Positions 63,604-64,000 of a stretch of DNA of 64,000 nucleotides are shown in pieces. Source of the stretch: Patescibacteria group bacterium (lineage in GTDB: Bacteria > Patescibacteriota > Saccharimonadia > UBA4664 > SCTI01); contig SCTI01000002.1 in the NCBI GenBank assembly GCA_004297735.1, positions 192,160 through 256,159 on the forward strand. Direction: 5' to 3'. Each line of letters begins with the position of its first letter. Positions within the stretch are counted from its first letter, which is position 1. A program made the position numbers and the translations under genes. Below the pieces are notes generated by a model that did no database searches, was not told the origin of the DNA, and saw nothing but the letters and a program-made list of their open reading frames with translations.

Positions 63604-64000
63604 TTAGGGCGATGGTTTCATTAAATGGGACGAAACAGCGGCCGGATTCACATCATCAAGCTTGATAGCCTGCTCGACGGTGTAATCGCCGATTGACAGC
63701 CGCCGGAGCGCGGTTAGGTATGCTCCTGTTCCTAGTTGTCGGCCAATATCTTCGGCCAGAGTTCGAATATAAGTTCCGCTTGAAACATTGGCACTTACCG
63801 CCAAGTTTGGGTAAGAAAAGTCCAGAATCTGCAAATCATGAATGGTAACCTGCCGTGACGGGATCTCAACCTTCTCGCCACGACGAGCCCTTTTATAAGC
63901 CGCTACGCCCTTGATCTTGATAGCGGAGTAGGCGGGCGGCGTCTGGGTGATCAAGCCGGTATGATGCGAGATTGCCTGGTCCAGCTCTGCAGGCGATGGC
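63604..64000 (-). CDS. truB: tRNA pseudouridine(55) synthase TruB, C-terminal part (5-prime end beyond window)
   Basis: PPAYSAIKIKGVAAYKRARRGEKVEIPSRQVTIHDLQI matches the TruB catalytic-domain C-terminal region plus PUA-like end. The frame remains open to the window edge. Confidence 0.8.
   Translation of the reverse strand, partial: PSPAELDQAISHHTGLITQTPPAYSAIKIKGVAAYKRARRGEKVEIPSRQVTIHDLQILDFSYPNLAVSANVSSGTYIRTLAEDIGRQLGTGAYLTALRRLSIGDYTVEQAIKLDDVNPAAVSSHLMKPSP

Noticed and set aside
1-64000. Search for CRISPR arrays, rRNA genes, transposases, integrases, reverse transcriptases or retron-like ncRNA.
   Set aside because: No spaced direct-repeat array, no rRNA-like conserved stretches, no DDE/HUH or tyrosine-integrase motif other than XerC/D, and no RT motifs (YxDD) were seen in any frame.

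Overview
This is a 64-kb window from a compact bacterial chromosome of about 50% GC. Gene content and synteny look monoderm and Patescibacteria/Saccharibacteria-like, but taxonomy cannot be proven from sequence alone. All calls rest on reading the sequence and on motifs recalled from memory; no database search was run.

The 3-prime third (48.8-64 kb) is a conserved housekeeping block, in coordinate order: ychF, tlyA, efp, rpsR-ssb-rpsF, recX-recA, a rodZ-like gene, ftsK, RNase J, UDG family 4, pnp-rpsO, and truB (partial at the window edge).

The middle (31.3-47.3 kb) is one long minus-strand type IV pilus locus: a 1172-aa DUF11-like surface protein, pilM-pilN-pilO, pilB-pilT-pilC, pilA, pilD, three large minor pilins carrying repeat domains, and a PilX-like protein. 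No secretin gene is present.

The 5-prime half carries two tandem CdaR-family regulators, a four-helix-bundle protein coupled to dinB, nrdR, rplY, envelope glycan genes (WecA-family transferase, GT2 synthase, later UppP and an O-antigen-ligase/TPR protein, then XerC/D), four tRNAs (Thr-CGT, Gly-CCC, Asp-GTC, Arg-CCT), three type II toxin-antitoxin pairs (two VapBC, one RHH/RelE) each with a palindromic operator, and several compositionally foreign (high-GC or low-GC) gene blocks.

The most unusual region is an accessory cassette immediately 3-prime of tRNA-Asp (12.9-17.2 kb). It contains:
- three near-identical sigma70-type promoters (cattgcaattat, 17-bp spacer, tataat/tatagt);
- a family of conserved terminator hairpins;
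- a small protein that appears to fuse a sigma-70 region-4 HTH to an RNA polymerase alpha-CTD-like HhH domain;
- five small hypothetical proteins, a CmcI-type methyltransferase, and an RHH/RelE addiction module.

No integrase, CRISPR array, rRNA or transposase was seen.
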